Shown: positions 49,201-63,430, numbered from the whole stretch's first letter. The stretch: DNA of 63,598 nt, filler included, from Nemertoderma westbladi (GCA_032718475.1; 3 parts of 3 records of this genome joined end to end with filler, not necessarily neighbours in it), one strand, 5' to 3'. Numbers and translations are program-made. The notes: generated by a model not told the origin, from the sequence alone.

Positions 49201-52200
49201 CTCGCTGCCCACAACTTCTAACTCTTATGGTACTATGTACCCTACTACTGCTACTATGGTATACCTATATACCATACCCTCTACTCTCTTACTACGTGGC
49301 GCTCTCGCTGCCCACAACTTCTAACTCTTATGGTACTATGTACCCTACTACTGCTACTATGGTATACCTATATACCATACCCTCTACTCTCTTACTATGT
49401 GGCGCTCTCAATGCCCACAACTTCTAACTCTTATGGTACTATGTACCCTACTACTGCTACTATGGTATACCTATATACCATACCCTCTACTCTCTTACTA
49501 TGTGGCGCTCTCGCTGCCCACAACTTCTGACTCCAACGGTACTATGTACCCTACTACTGCTACTATGGTATACCTATATACCATACCCTCTACTCTCTTA
49601 CTACGTGGCGCTCTCAATGCCCACAACTTCTGACTCCAACGGTACTATGTACCCTACTACTGCTACTATGGTATACCTATATACCATACCCTCTACTCTC
49701 TTACTACGTGGCGCTCTCGCTGCCCACAACTTCTAACTCTTATGGTACTATGTACCCTACTACTGCTACTATGGTATACCTATATACCATACCCTCTACT
49801 CTCTTACTATGTGGCGCTCTCGCTGCCCACAACTTCTAACTCTTATGGTACTATGTACCCTACTACTGCTACTATGGTATACCTATATACCATACCCTCT
49901 ACTCTCTTACTACGTGGCGCTCTCAATGCCCACAACTTCTGACTCCAACGGTACTATGTACCCTACTACTGCTACTTATGGTATACCTATATACCATACC
50001 CTCTACTCTCTTACTACGTGGCGCTCTCAATGCCCACAACTTCTAACTCTTATGGTACTACGTATCCTACTACTATTCCTATGGTATACCTATATACCAT
50101 ACCCTCTACTCTCTTACTACGTGGCGCTCTCAATGCCCACAACTTCTGACTCCAACGGTACTATGTACCCTACTACTGCTACTATGGTATACCTATATAC
50201 CATACCCTCTACTCTCTTACTACGTGGCGCTCTCAATGCCCACAATTTCTAACTCTTACGGTACTATGTACCCTACTACTGCTACTATGGTATACCTATA
50301 TACCATACCCTCTACTCTCTTACTACGTGGCGCTCTCAATGCCCACAATTTCTAACTCTTACGGTACTATGTACCCTACTACTGCTACTATGGTATACCT
50401 ATATACCATACCCTCTACTCTCTTACTACGTGGCGCCCTCAGTGCCCACAACTTCTAACTCTTATGGTACTATGTACCCTACTACTGCTACTATGGTATA
50501 CCTATATACCATACCCTCTACTCTCTTACTACGTGGCGCTCTCGCTGCCCACAACTTCTAACTCTTATGGTACTATGTACCCTACTACTGCTACTATGGT
50601 ATACCTATATACCATACCCTCTACTCTCTTACTACGTGGCGCTCTCGCTGCCCACAACTTCTGACTCCAACGGTACTATGTACCCTACTACTGCTACTAT
50701 GGTATACCTATATACCATACCCTCTACTCTCTTACTATGTGGCGCTCTCAGTGCCCACAACTTCTAACTCTTATGGTACTATGTACCCTACTACTGCTAC
50801 TATGGTATACCTATATACCATACCCTCTACTCTCTTACTACGTGGCGCTCTCAATGCCCACAACTTCTAACTCTTATGGTACTATGTACCCTACTACTGC
50901 TACTATGGTATACCTATATACCATACCCTCTACTCTCTTACTATGTGGCGCTCTCAATGCCCACAACTTCTGACTCCCACGGTACTATGTACCCTACTAC
51001 TGCTACTATGGTATACCTATATACCATACTCTACTCTCTTACTATGTGGCGCTCTCAATGCACACAACTTCTGACTCCAACGGTACTATGTACCCTACTA
51101 CTGCTACTATGGTATACCTATATACCATACCCTCTACTCTCTTACTATGTGGCGCTCTCAGTGCCCACAACTTCTAACTCCAACGGTACTATGTACCCTG
51201 CTACTGCTACTATGGTATACATATATACCATACCCTCTACTCTCTTACTATGTGGCGCTCTCAGTGCCCACAACTTCTAACTCCAACGGTACTATGTACC
51301 CTACTACTGCTACTATGGTATACCTATATACCATACCCTCTACTCTCTTACTATGTGGCGCTCTCAATGCCCACAACTTCTAACTCTTATGGTACTATGT
51401 ACCCTACTACTGCTACTATGGTATACCTATATACCATACCCTCTACTCTCTTACTATGTGGCGCTCTCAATGCCCACAACTTCTAACTCTTATGGTACTA
51501 TGTACCCTACTACTGCTACTATGGTATACCTATATACCATACCCTCTACTCTCTTACTATGTGGCGCTCTCGCTGCCCACAACTTCTGACTCCAACGGTA
51601 CTATGTACCCTACTACTGCTACTATGGTATACCTATATACCATACCCTCTACTCTCTTACTACGTGGCGCTCTCAATGCCCACAACTTCTGACTCCAACG
51701 GTACTATGTACCCTACTACTGCTACTATGGTATACCTATATACCATACCCTCTACTCTCTTACTACGTGGCGCTCTCGCTGCCCACAACTTCTAACTCTT
51801 ATGGTACTATGTACCCTACTACTGCTACTATGGTATACCTATATACCATACCCTCTACTCTCTTACTATGTGGCGCTCTCGCTGCCCACAACTTCTAACT
51901 CTTATAGTACTATGTACCCTACTACTGCTACTATGGTATACCTATATACCATACCCTCTACTCTCTTACTATGTGGCGCTCTCAGTGCCCACAACTTCTA
52001 ACTCCAACGGTACTATGTACCCTACTACTGCTACTATGGTATACCTATATACCATACCCTCTACTCTCTTACTACGTGGCGCTCTCAATGCCCACAATTT
52101 CTAACTCTTACGGTACTATGTACCCTACTACTGCTACTATGGTATACCTATATACCATACCCTCTACTCTCTTACTACGTGGCGCTCTCAGTGCCCACAA

Positions 52201-55200
52201 CTTCTAACTCTTATGGTACTATGTACCCTACTACTGCTACTATGGTATACCTATATACCATACCCTCTACTCTCTTACTACGTGGCGCTCTCGCTGCCCA
52301 CAACTTCTGACTCCAACGGTACTATGTACCCTACTACTGCTACTATGGTATACCTATATACCATACCCTCTACTCTCTTACTACGTGGCGCTCTCGCTGC
52401 CCACAACTTCTAACTCTTATGGTACTATGTACCCTACTACTGCTACTATGGTATACCTATATACCATACCCTCTACTCTCTTACTACGTGGCGCTCTCGC
52501 TGCCCACAACTTCTGACTCCAACGGTACTATGTACCCTACTACTGCTACTATGGTATACCTATATACCATACCCTCTACTCTCTTACTACGTGGCGCTCT
52601 CAATGCCCACAACTTCTAACTCTTATGGTACTATGTACCCTACTACTGCTACTATGGTATACCTATATACCATACCCTCTACTCTCTTACTACGTGGCGC
52701 TCTCAATGCCCACAACTTCTAAATCTTATGGTACTATGTACCCTACTACTGCTACTATGGTATACCTATATACCATACCCTCTACTCTCTTACTATGTGG
52801 CGCTCTCGCTGCCCACAACTTCTAACTCTTATGGTACTATGTACCCTACTACTGCTACTATGGTATACCTATATACCATACCCTCTACTCTCTTACTACG
52901 TGGCGCTCTCGCTGCCCACAACTTCTAACTCTTATGGTACTATGTACCCTACTACTGCTACTATGGTATACCTATATACCATACCCTCTACTCTCTTACT
53001 ATGTGGCGCTCTCAATGCCCACAACTTCTAACTCTTATGGTACTATGTACCCTACTACTGCTACTATGGTATACCTATATACCATACCCTCTACTCTCTT
53101 ACTATGTGGCGCTCTCGCTGCCAACAACTTCTGACTCCAACGGTACTATGTACCCTACTACTGCTACTATGGTATACCTATATACCATACCCTCTACTCT
53201 CTTACTACGTGGCGCTCTCAATGCCCACAACTTCTGACTCCAACGGTACTATGTACCCTACTACTGCTACTATGGTATACCTATATACCATACCCTCTAC
53301 TCTCTTACTACGTGGCGCTCTCGCTGCCCACAACTTCTAACTCTTATGGTACTATGTACCCTACTACTGCTACTATGGTATACCTATATACCATACCCTC
53401 TACTCTCTTACTATGTGGCGCTCTCGCTGCCCACAACTTCTAACTCTTATGGTACTATGTACCCTACTACTGCTACTATGGTATACCTATATACCATACC
53501 CTCTACTCTCTTACTACGTGGCGCTCTCAATGCCCACAACTTCTGACTCCAACGGTACTATGTACCCTACTACTGCTACTATGGTATACCTATATACCAT
53601 ACCCTCTACTCTCTTACTATGTGGCGCTCTCAGTGCCCACAACTTCTAACTCTTATGGTACTACGTATCCTACTACTATTCCTATGGTATACCTATATAC
53701 CATACCCTCTACTCTCTTACTACGTGGCGCTCTCAATGCCCACAACTTCTGACTCCAACGGTACTATGTACCCTACTACTGCTACTATGGTATACCTATA
53801 TACCATACCCTCTACTCTCTTACTACGTGGCGCTCTCAATGCCCACAATTTCTAACTCTTACGGTACTATGTACCCTACTACTGCTACTATGGTATACCT
53901 ATATACCATACCCTCTACTCTCTTACTACGTGGCGCCCTCAGTGCCCACAACTTCTAACTCTTATGGTACTATGTACCCTACTACTGCTACTATGGTATA
54001 CCTATATACCATACCCTCTACTCTCTTACTACGTGGCGCTCTCGCTGCCCACAACTTCTAACTCTTATGGTACTATGTACCCTACTACTGCTACTATGGT
54101 ATACCTATATACCATACCCTCTACTCTCTTACTACGTGGCGCTCTCGCTGCCCACAACTTCTGACTCCAACGGTACTATGTACCCTACTACTGCTACTAT
54201 GGTATACCTATATACCATACCCTCTACTCTCTTACTATGTGGCGCTCTCAGTGCCCACAACTTCTAACTCTTATGGTACTATGTACCCTACTACTGCTAC
54301 TATGGTATACCTATATACCATACCCTCTACTCTCTTACTATGTGGCGCTCTCAATGCCCACAACTTCTAACTCTTATGGTACTATGTACCCTACTACTGC
54401 TACTATGGTATACCTATATACCATACCCTCTACTCTCTTACTATGTGGCGCTCTCAGTGCCCACAACTTCTGACTCTTATGGTACTATGTACCCTACTAC
54501 TGCTACTATGGTATACCTATATACCATACCCTCTACTCTCTTACTATGTGGCGCTCTCAATGCCCACAACTTCTAACTCTTATGGTACTATGTACCCTAC
54601 TACTGCTACTATGGTATACCTATATACCATACCCTCTACTCTCTTACTACGTGGCGCTCTCAATGCCCACAACTTCTAACTCTTATGGTACTATGTACCC
54701 TACTACTGCTACTATGGTATACCTATATACCATACTCTACTCTCTTACTATGTGGCGCTCTCAATGCCCACAACTTCTAACTCTTATGGTACTATGTACC
54801 CTACTACTGCTACTATGGTATACCTATATACCATACCCTCTACTCTCTTACTACGTGGCGCTCTCAATGCCCACAACTTCTAACTCTTATGGTACTATGT
54901 ACCCTACTACTGCTACTATGGTATACCTATATACCATACCCTCTACTCTCTTACTATGTGGCGCTCTCAATGCCCACAACTTCTGACTCCCACGGTACTA
55001 TGTACCCTACTACTGCTACTATGGTATACCTATATACCATACCCTCTACTCTCTTACTATGTGGCGCTCTCAATGCCCACAACTTCTGACTCCAACGGTA
55101 CTATGTACCCTACTACTGCTACTTATGGTATACCTATATACCATACCCTCTACTCTCTTACTATGTGGCGCTCTCGCTGCCCACAACTTCTGACTCCAAC

Positions 55201-55560
55201 GGTACTATGTACCCTGCTACTGCTACTATGGTATACCTATATACCATACCCTCTACTCTCTTACTACGTGGCGCTCTCAATGCCCACAACTTCTAACTCT
55301 TATGGTACTATGTATGTACCCTACTACTGCTACTATGGTATACCTATATACCATACCCTCTACTCTCTTACTATGTGGCGCTCTCAATGCCCACAACTTC
55401 TAACTCTTATGGTACTATGTACCCTACTACTGCTACTATGATATACCTATATACCATACCCTCTACTCTCTTACTACGTGGCGCCCTCAGTGCCCACAAC
55501 TTCTGACTCCCACGGTACTATGTACCCCGCTACTACTCTCATGGTATGTTTATATACCAC
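43250..55560 (-). repeat. 103-bp satellite array, right arm (~119 units)
   Basis: Reverse complement of the left arm, variant for variant (paired ORF coordinates sum to 85053), extending ~1.3 kb further. Confidence 0.97.
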
Positions 55561-55569
55561 ACTCCCTAT

Positions 55570-56030
55570 TCTCTAACTTCTAACTCTCCTCTTACTCTTA
55601 CTAACTTCTAACTAGCTTTCTAACTTCTAACTTCTTACTAACTCTTACTAACTTCTAACGAACTTCTCTAACTTTCTAACTTCTTACTAACTCTTACTAA
55701 CTTCTAACTAACTTTCTTACTTCTTACTAACTCTTACTAACTTCTAACGAACTTCTAAATAACTTTCTAACTTCTTACTAACTCTTACGAACTTCTAACT
55801 AACTTTCTTACTTCTTACTAACTCTTACTAACTTCTCACTAACTTTCTTACTTCTTACTAACTCTTACTAACTTCTAACGAAATTCTAACTAACTTTCTT
55901 ACTTCTTACTAAATCTTACTAACTTCTAACTAACTTTCTAACTTCTTACTAACTCTTACTAACTTCTAACTAACTTTCTAACTTTCTTACTTCTTACTAA
56001 CTCTTACTAACTTCTAACTAACTTTCTACT
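55570..56030 (-). repeat. Short AGTTAGAAG/AGTAAG-type tandem repeats
   Basis: Recurrent CTTCTAACTAACTTTCTTACTTCTTACTAACTCTTACTAA blocks between the satellite and the BEL integrase tail. Confidence 0.85.
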
Positions 56031-56039
56031 ATCTCGCTT

Positions 56040-57312
56040 CTTATTTTATTATTTGCTTATTATATTTTATATTTTTATGTGGGAAGGGCGTCTCGCCCTC
56101 ATTCCCAACCCCCTCAGTCCAACATATTGGACGACTAAACTCTACGGTGCCCCTTCTAACAGGCAGCACTTTCCTACAGCCCTCCTGTAGGTCTTCCTAT
56201 CTTTGGCTCCTATCTTGCCTCCTATCCTCACTTCCACCGACCGGACTCTTCCGTCCTCTTCGGGTAAGTATCTACCACTCTCGCTAGTCTCCATTGGTTA
56301 TTGATAATTGTGTCGTCAGTGACGATTACCAAGTCACCCTTCTTCAACTCCCTAATTGGTGTTTCTCCACTTACTTCTCCTATGCAACGTCGGGAGATAT
56401 TCTTCTACCCATCTCCTCCAATACTCCGCACTTATTGCCTTGGCGACTTTCAACTTTGACGGGAGTGTATGTCATCTGGGTCAACACCCCGCATGTCGAT
56501 CGTCGCCGGCCTCTCCATTAGGAAATGTGCTAGTACGTCCAGTGATTCCGGGTCGTCATTCTCTGGATATAGCGGTCTGCTATTAATGATTCCCTCACAC
56601 TTGGCTAGCACCGTTCTGAGTATGTCCTCTGTCACCATGTGGTTGTTCATAAGCTTGGTCATTAAACGCTTGGAACTACCGACTAGTCTCTCTACACACC
56701 CAAACGTATGTGGCGCGCACGGCGATCTCCTTTCCCACTTCACTTGCCGTTTTCTCATAGCCGCCCTGACATCTCCCTCTAGGATGTCGAAGGCCTCGGC
56801 CAACTCTTTCTCCGCTCCCACGAAGTTGGTCCCGTTATCTGAATATATCACCTTGATTGTTCCCCCTTTGCGGTTTACAAATCTTTCTAAGGCATTAATA
56901 AATGCCGATGCTGTAGCGTCCTGCGCAAGTTCTATTCCCACCGCTCTTGTGTTGTTGCAGACGAAGATAATGCCGTAGCGTTTCTCCGTGTGCCGCATCA
57001 CCTTTATCTTAAAACGGCCCGAACATGTCCACGCCGCAGTGCGTGAATGGCGGGTCGTGTTGTCTCACTCTATTGGCCGGTAATGGCGCCATCTCCTGTA
57101 CGGCCCTCTCCTTTCTCGTCCGTCGGCAGGTCTGGCACTGCCCCACTACCGCCTTCACCTTCTTCCTAAGTTGGGTGATCCAGAACGTTCTTCGTATCTC
57201 CGTGAGGGTCGGATTCGTGCCTCCGTGTAGTATCGATTTATGCGAGTCCCAAATGATCTGGTGGACTATTGGTGATTTATTGGGGATTATTATGGGCTTC
57301 GGTGGGATAATT
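56040..57312 (-). mobile_element. pol: 5'-truncated BEL/Pao integrase and 3' tail, sister of the 5572-22238 element
   Basis: RYGIIFVCNNTRAVGIELAQDATASAFINALERF..YSDNGTNFVGAE..GCVERLVGSSK nearly identical to the protein at ~16640-17060; same KCCLLEGAP end and stem-loop. Confidence 0.9.
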
Positions 57313-57472
57313 AGAACATATTATGTTCTAACTTAGAAATTGTATATTCTATTTGGTTTTTAGATTCAACAGTAAGTAAGAGGCAGAGTTGACAAGACGA
57401 CACACACAGAGACAGAAAGATTAAAAAAATTAAAAATAGTTGTTGGTAAATAATTATAATTGCGTTACTTAC

Positions 57473-58123
57473 CGAAATGTGCGATTCCCAGCGTCTCTTT
57501 AACGTGATTGGCTACGGCTAAACCAATGGGGTGCTCGGAATGTGATTCAGCAGTTCCAACTATAGCCAATAGACGATTTAGATTGCATAGTTCCGGTGAC
57601 ACAAACAGCGTTGTGTAGACGACTCTGGGGACTCCGTGAGTTATCGTTCCGGTCTTGTCGAATATTATCGTCCGGATTTTGCACAGAGTTTCCAGCGGTT
57701 CTCCTCCTTTTATGAGGATCCCGTTGGTGGCTCCGACTCCAGTACCAACCATCACCGCTGTTGGCGTAGCGAGACCCAACGCGCAGGGACACGCGATGGC
57801 AAGCACCGAGATGGCCACTCGGAAGGCGAACTGTACGACAACCTCCGAGTCGATGGAGTCGGAGTCGGAAACCTTACGGGAATCCGTCGTGTATCCGACC
57901 ACTTTCGGGTGGGTAAACCCAATAGCCAACCAGATGGTTAGGACGCTTATTGATATGCCTATTACTATGGGGACAAAGTAACCGGAAATGACGTCAGCGA
58001 CGCGTTGTATTGGAGCTTTGGATGTCTGCGCCTCTTCCACTAGCTTCACGATTTGGGATAAAGCCGTATCCGAGCCAACGTGGGTTGCTTCCACAATCAG
58101 GGTCCCTTGTTTGTTAATAGTTC
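57473..58123 (-). CDS. ATP7: Exon of copper-transporting P1B-type ATPase (ATP7A/B-like)
   Basis: ALSQIVKLVEEAQTSKAPIQ, IACPCALGLATPTAVMVGTG, DKTGT phosphorylation site and SEHP motif; exon ends at a G|GTAAGT donor at 57472; the 5' side runs into the gap. Confidence 0.95.
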
Positions 58124-58223
58124 NNNNNNNNNNNNNNNNNNNNNNNNNNNNNNNNNNNNNNNNNNNNTTAATTAATTAANNNNNNNNNNNNNNNNNNNNN
58201 NNNNNNNNNNNNNNNNNNNNNNN
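58124..58223. other. Artificial contig spacer
   Basis: N44-TTAATTAATTAA-N44. Confidence 0.95.
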
Positions 58224-60047
58224 ATATATATATATTTAAGGGGAGAAATACTGATTTTAATTTTTACTGAAGCTACTACACTTCAATGGTAAATTTTACC
58301 AAATATTTTAATCTACGTACGCACATGAGGATGGCTTTTTAAAAATTTTATGCATTAATGTAAATATTAATAAACTATTCTTTTTTTTTTTAATACTTAC
58401 CATAGTTCTAAAGAATGTAATATTTTAATTATTCATGCACCTGAAACCTCATTTATTTATTTTTTTTATTGTTTTATACATGACGCCGAATCTTTATTAT
58501 ACCGTATAATTTACCCATTGAACTTACCACGGGGACCCTCTCGGAAACAAGGCTCGCCTTAAGGGGCTATCCCCGGTGCGCAATGTATTTATTATAAGCA
58601 TTCTGATTGAGTAATAACTATAATACATAATAACATTTTTATAGCGTCAAATTTATAATAACATAACTTCAGTTTCAGTTTTGATATTGTTCCTTATGTT
58701 CCTTATTGTTCCTTATGTAATGTTTGTTGTTATTTAATAATTGTGTTATTTTAATGTTCCTTTTAATGTTATACTTTGAGCACCATTAAACCAATACCAA
58801 TACCAATACCAACTCTCCATGGTTACAGGATAATGAGAAGTAATTTATTTTGGAGGATATGGAAACCGCCTTTTAATTTAAATATGTAATTGACATCTTA
58901 CAGTTGTATGATTAAATCCGGTACTTTCTCAAGTGTGTTATTTTTTGGTGTAGATTTTAATTACAGCTTTGTTCGCCTATGTTCCGCCTGTATTCTATTG
59001 TGTTCTGCTGTGTTCTACTGTGTTCTGTAAAAAGATATATCCTAAGTTTCATAATGATGACAATTTTTACAAGTACACGGGATACACGGGATAAACACGC
59101 GACATGACGACAAAGACGGTGATGATGACGTCGAGAACCACGCAGGGCAATGACGACGGAGACGTTGACGTTCACGTTGCTGATGACAATAACGTTGACG
59201 ATGATGTTTACGTTGACGGACGAACAATGTGTCTCTTCCATTAGCTACTGTATTTTATGGCACCTACTGTAGAACCGACAGACACGCCCAGTGAAGTGAA
59301 GTCAACATCCTTTTGGTCATGAACATTTATGTTTTTAGGAAAACTAATGGAAACTTCCCTTCACCAATAGGGCGAGCTTCCCACCTATAGTGTCACAATA
59401 TGGGTGCGGCACCCCAGCTTATTGGTCTGCCTGTACATACAGTATCTACAGTATAACATTGAATTAAACAGTTCATCTACCTTTTATATCAATAAAACAA
59501 GCTGATTTTGAACGATTATCGATAATGTAGGAAGTTCCATATAGTCTGTATTAAATTTGATTGATGGTTAAACTGGGATTGCTTGATTTTGTTTTGCTAG
59601 AATGCTCTGGAAAATACCACTCAAATTCCTTTAATTCTCCCAATAATCTCTATACTCCCGCAACACATTTTTCCACAATTTTTATTTTTTTTTTCCAGAA
59701 TATGGATTATTTATTAAAAATTGACTTTATATTTGCAGTATACAATATAAGTAATATATATTCGAGCAAATTCAAGACAATTAGCATAGCACAAATAGTA
59801 AGGGGTAATTTCTTTATATTTCTTAAATTTCTTTGTTCTTCGTCTCTATAAGGGAAAGACATCGACTTCACAAAGATATTCGCTGATTCCTTTTAACTCA
59901 ACGACATAACGGCCAATCTTCCTGGAGCAGGTGATGGTGTGGACGTCGCCGGCACTGGTACCGCAGAGGTTGGCAGAGTTGCTGACCCGACAACGGAGGA
60001 ACCCATCGTCTTTGACTATCTACTTTGCACCGATAATCCACAGCAGC

Positions 60048-60505
60048 TCAACCCCTCATTTCACCCCCGCTGCCTCCGATGGCCGCCCCGTTGTTTGTGA
60101 GCCGGATGGAGATTTCTCCCAGGTTGGCGTTATGAACTGGCCGGTGGCGTGATGACCTCGACCCGCGCAGGCACATGTGGGCGGCCCGAACCAGCAAAAA
60201 ACTGATGTGTCGTCGGATCCAGGTAACACACTCTGTGTAGCTGATCTCCCGCTTATCCGCCAACAGAACAGCAAGGTGTTTGAAGAACTGCGCCGTGGAT
60301 GGTGAGATTCCCCCGAAAGCAGACATGATCAGTGGCGTGAAGGTCGCCAGCTCGACTTCCCTGACTCGTTCTTCATACCGACCCCGCTTCCGCGCCTCGT
60401 AATGGAGATGGGCGCCCTCTAGTGTCATTGCTGCATTGGTCGGAGCGAGAGGATTGAAAACTGAGACGTCCAAAAAGGTTCTCTGGAATCTCGATCCCCA
60501 AAACT
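60048..60505 (-). pseudogene. 3' fragment of a second CRE-type RLE non-LTR element
   Basis: FWGSRFQRTFLDVSVFNP..EARKRGRYEERV..FTPLIMSAFGG..WIRRHISFLLVR..CLRGSR, homologous to the C-terminus of 8186-10714. Confidence 0.8.
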
Positions 60506-62196
60506 ATTTTTACAATTACTATTTTTATTTTTATTACCGGTACTATTTTTTTTTACTAAATTTAATCATTATCCACTAAAATTAAGCACTAATATACTAA
60601 AATTAATCATCCATACCTATTTTTTATTGGCACTGGTATGGGGCGCCGTTTGTGCCAAAAGTCATTGAAAATTCTCGTTCCAAGTTCTCGAGGCCTACCG
60701 GTCAAGGCGTACTATTGTAAGCGGATCCAATTCGCTGCACTACCTAGCGGAAAATTGGGAAAGTGGCTTTTTACCAATATAGTTGGCTAGGTGATATTAC
60801 CAATATAATGTCACCTAACAACCAACGAAGGCAATATACACTGCCAGTCACAGGGGGATATGAGAGGCTACAAGCCATCTCAGTGGGGACGAAGGAAGCT
60901 AGTACGTGGGCATCAGAGAACAGGGAGTGTCAAGGGAGGGAAGAATAGATTAGCCAATGGTGAGGCAGATTACCTTCGGATTAATATGCATCCATTGGCC
61001 AGGCCAAGTACTAAGTAGCAATGTTCCATATGTGTTAGTAATATAACCGTTGCCTTTATTACCTGTTGTTCAGTTGGTTTATCAGAGTGTGGAAGCAAGA
61101 CGGTTTAGACCGTCGTCGTCGTCATTAACCGTGCTATTATTGTATTCTGATTGTGTTATTATTGTATTCTGTCATTACGAAGAACTGCCACTAAAAACTC
61201 AGTTATTCTATCGGCCACCAGCCTTTCAGATACCACAAGCCTTTCAGCAGCCAGTGGACGTGGCGACGCGTACTATCCAAACGAAAACACACCGGTCGGG
61301 ATTCCCTCGCCAACTCGGGGATCCCGTCGCAACTACGTACTGTATATACAAGGCCATGATATCGAGTTAACTGGGGGCAAGATTTTTTTTACAACAATTT
61401 GATATTTTGATATGGGGAGAGTTCTATAAATTTTCAATTGCTGCAATTTGGTCAATGGACGTAATTGAAGCATCCTCGTTAATAGGCGAGTCAATCTAGC
61501 TGAAAAAGGGGGTCAACCCATAACAAATTCGCAATTGACCCAAACCAATTTTTTTTTATTCTAAATTACCTTGTTAATACCCCCAAAAAAGTCTATAAAA
61601 ATATATTATGCGGATCACTTTCAATTTGCTGTTTCTTTCCTTAGCAGCGTGGATTTTACATAGCAACAAGGGGTCTAGTGGTGGGATTTTCTCCAAATTT
61701 GGTACAGACAAACTTTACTCTAATGACTAGCGATTGACTGAAGTATGCACTTCTATATAGTTAGTTACCAATTTAGTTTCCAGAGCAACGGAAATTTGTC
61801 TAATAATTTAACCATTTTTAATACAAATTTTGCTGGTACAATATAAGGACCTTATTTACACAACTTCTCTACTAAAAGGGTGGATGTAACCACGCCCATC
61901 GGATTTATCGACCTCAAAAACCCTTATCCCCAAAAAATGTATTTGTTATATGATAAACTATTGTGATTTTCTAACTAAAACAAATAAATAAATTACACCT
62001 AAAATCAATAGAGTAATCACAATTTAATAATGTGTAAAATCTTCACTAACATTAATGAAAATAGGGTTTTAGGTAGGTTTAGCTAGTAATTTCGCCGGTT
62101 CCGACATCCTACCTCCCTCTTGAAATATTTTGTAGTAGCTAGTTCTTATTACTATTTGTATAGAAAATGTTCCAAAAGATATTAGCTATTCATTTT

Positions 62197-62452
62197 TAAA
62201 AAAATTATGTTCTAGAACAAATACTTTTTGTTCTAAAACATTTTTTAGAAAAATATCTGGATTCTATTTAAAACGCTTGGAATCGTTCTAAAACATGTTC
62301 AAAATCAATAAAAAAAATTTCAAAATTTGATTTTTTTCACAATTTTTTTTATTGATTTTAAGAACGATTCCATGCGTTTTAAATATAATCCAGATATTTT
62401 TCTAAAAAATGTTCTTGAACAAAAAATAATTGTTCTAGAACATAATTTTTTT
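62197..62452. repeat. ~250-bp imperfect palindrome (MITE-like hairpin)
   Basis: AAAATTATGTTCTAGAACAA..AAAATATCTGGATT..GGAATCGTTCT mirrored by AGAACGATTCC..AATCCAGATATTTT..TTGTTCTAGAACATAATTTT. Confidence 0.8.
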
Positions 62453-62868
62453 AAGGGGGGGGGGGGGGGGGGGGGGGGGGGTACACCATTTTCGGACAAC
62501 TCTTCGATTTATCACTCTCAGCGTTTCAAAATTGTTTGGTTTTGGATAAAATTTGGCATATAGGTGCCTAAGATGCTATTTTACATGACAGGTCAGAAAA
62601 AAAAATTTTTCGCTATTTAATATTAGTTAATACTAGTTAACAATAAAAAAAACTTGGTTGCGCTTAAAACCCTAAGGCTTTTACAGTTTTGAACCTATTC
62701 ACATGAAAATTTTTTATTATTTTATTATTATTTTTATATTATTTATTATTACGCCAAATACTGGCAAATAGGCGATATGGTCATTAATTAAAATTAGATC
62801 AAATTCAAATTTACAATAAAAACATAATTACTTTAATAAATAAATAAACGGTAAAATTATTTGAAGAG

Positions 62869-63430
62869 TTAGGACCTTGCCCAGGAACACAAAGGTCGGA
62901 GATTTGCAGGGCATTCGAGCAGATGGTATAATGTGGCCGCCCCCCCGCACAGTGAACATATACAGCTGTCTTGCGCCTCATGGTAACTCGAGTTAGTGCA
63001 AATCTTGTAGTGGAAGCCGTTAGTGCTGAAGCGGGTTATTATATGTCGGTTGGTGTAGTTTGGGTCCTGCCATCTGGGGTTTGTAAATGCCAGTGAGTTC
63101 CAAAATTGGGGATTAATCTCTTGTATTTTTCCGTTTATGAGAATCAGGTATTGCTTGTATACGGGTGTGTGAGGTAGATTTAGGAGCTGAACAAATTCAG
63201 ATATCAAGGTGTTTTCGTTGCAGATAGCTGTGACGAGACGATTTGAGGTAGATTTGTGTAGACAACATACTTTCTTAAGGTAGGCGGCTTTAATTTTATC
63301 GAGTGTGACCATGTTGGTGACAGTTAGAAACGGCCAAATCTCACGGAAACCGTAAAGTACAATTGGGCTTATTTTGAGTTTGAACAGTTTTACTTGCGGT
63401 CTGGAGTGATAAAATGTTTGGTTTGTTGAT
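62869..63430 (-). pseudogene. 3' end of a non-LTR retrotransposon ORF2 (RT thumb + C-terminal Cys/His motif)
   Basis: KLFKLKISPIVLYG..IW..LDKIKAAYLKK..STSNRLV and CSLCGGAATLYHLLEC; AT-rich (TAA)n-like tail downstream. Clade not determined. Confidence 0.7.

Noticed and set aside
30784-55560. Hundreds of 66-200 aa ORFs (MVLCTLLLLLWYTY..) in the satellite
   Set aside because: By-product of a 103-nt unit (not a multiple of 3) cycling through frames; no coding evidence.
30784-55560. CRISPR array or hammerhead ribozyme array
   Set aside because: Units are contiguous with no unique spacers and no cas genes. CTGAGAG does not fit the CUGANGA core and no correctly placed GAAA is present.
60781-61377. 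Possible AGTT..AACT Gypsy-type LTR followed by a tRNA-Pro-like TGGGGGC
   Set aside because: Only 4-nt termini and a 7-nt PBS match; no second copy, TSD or internal coding sequence.
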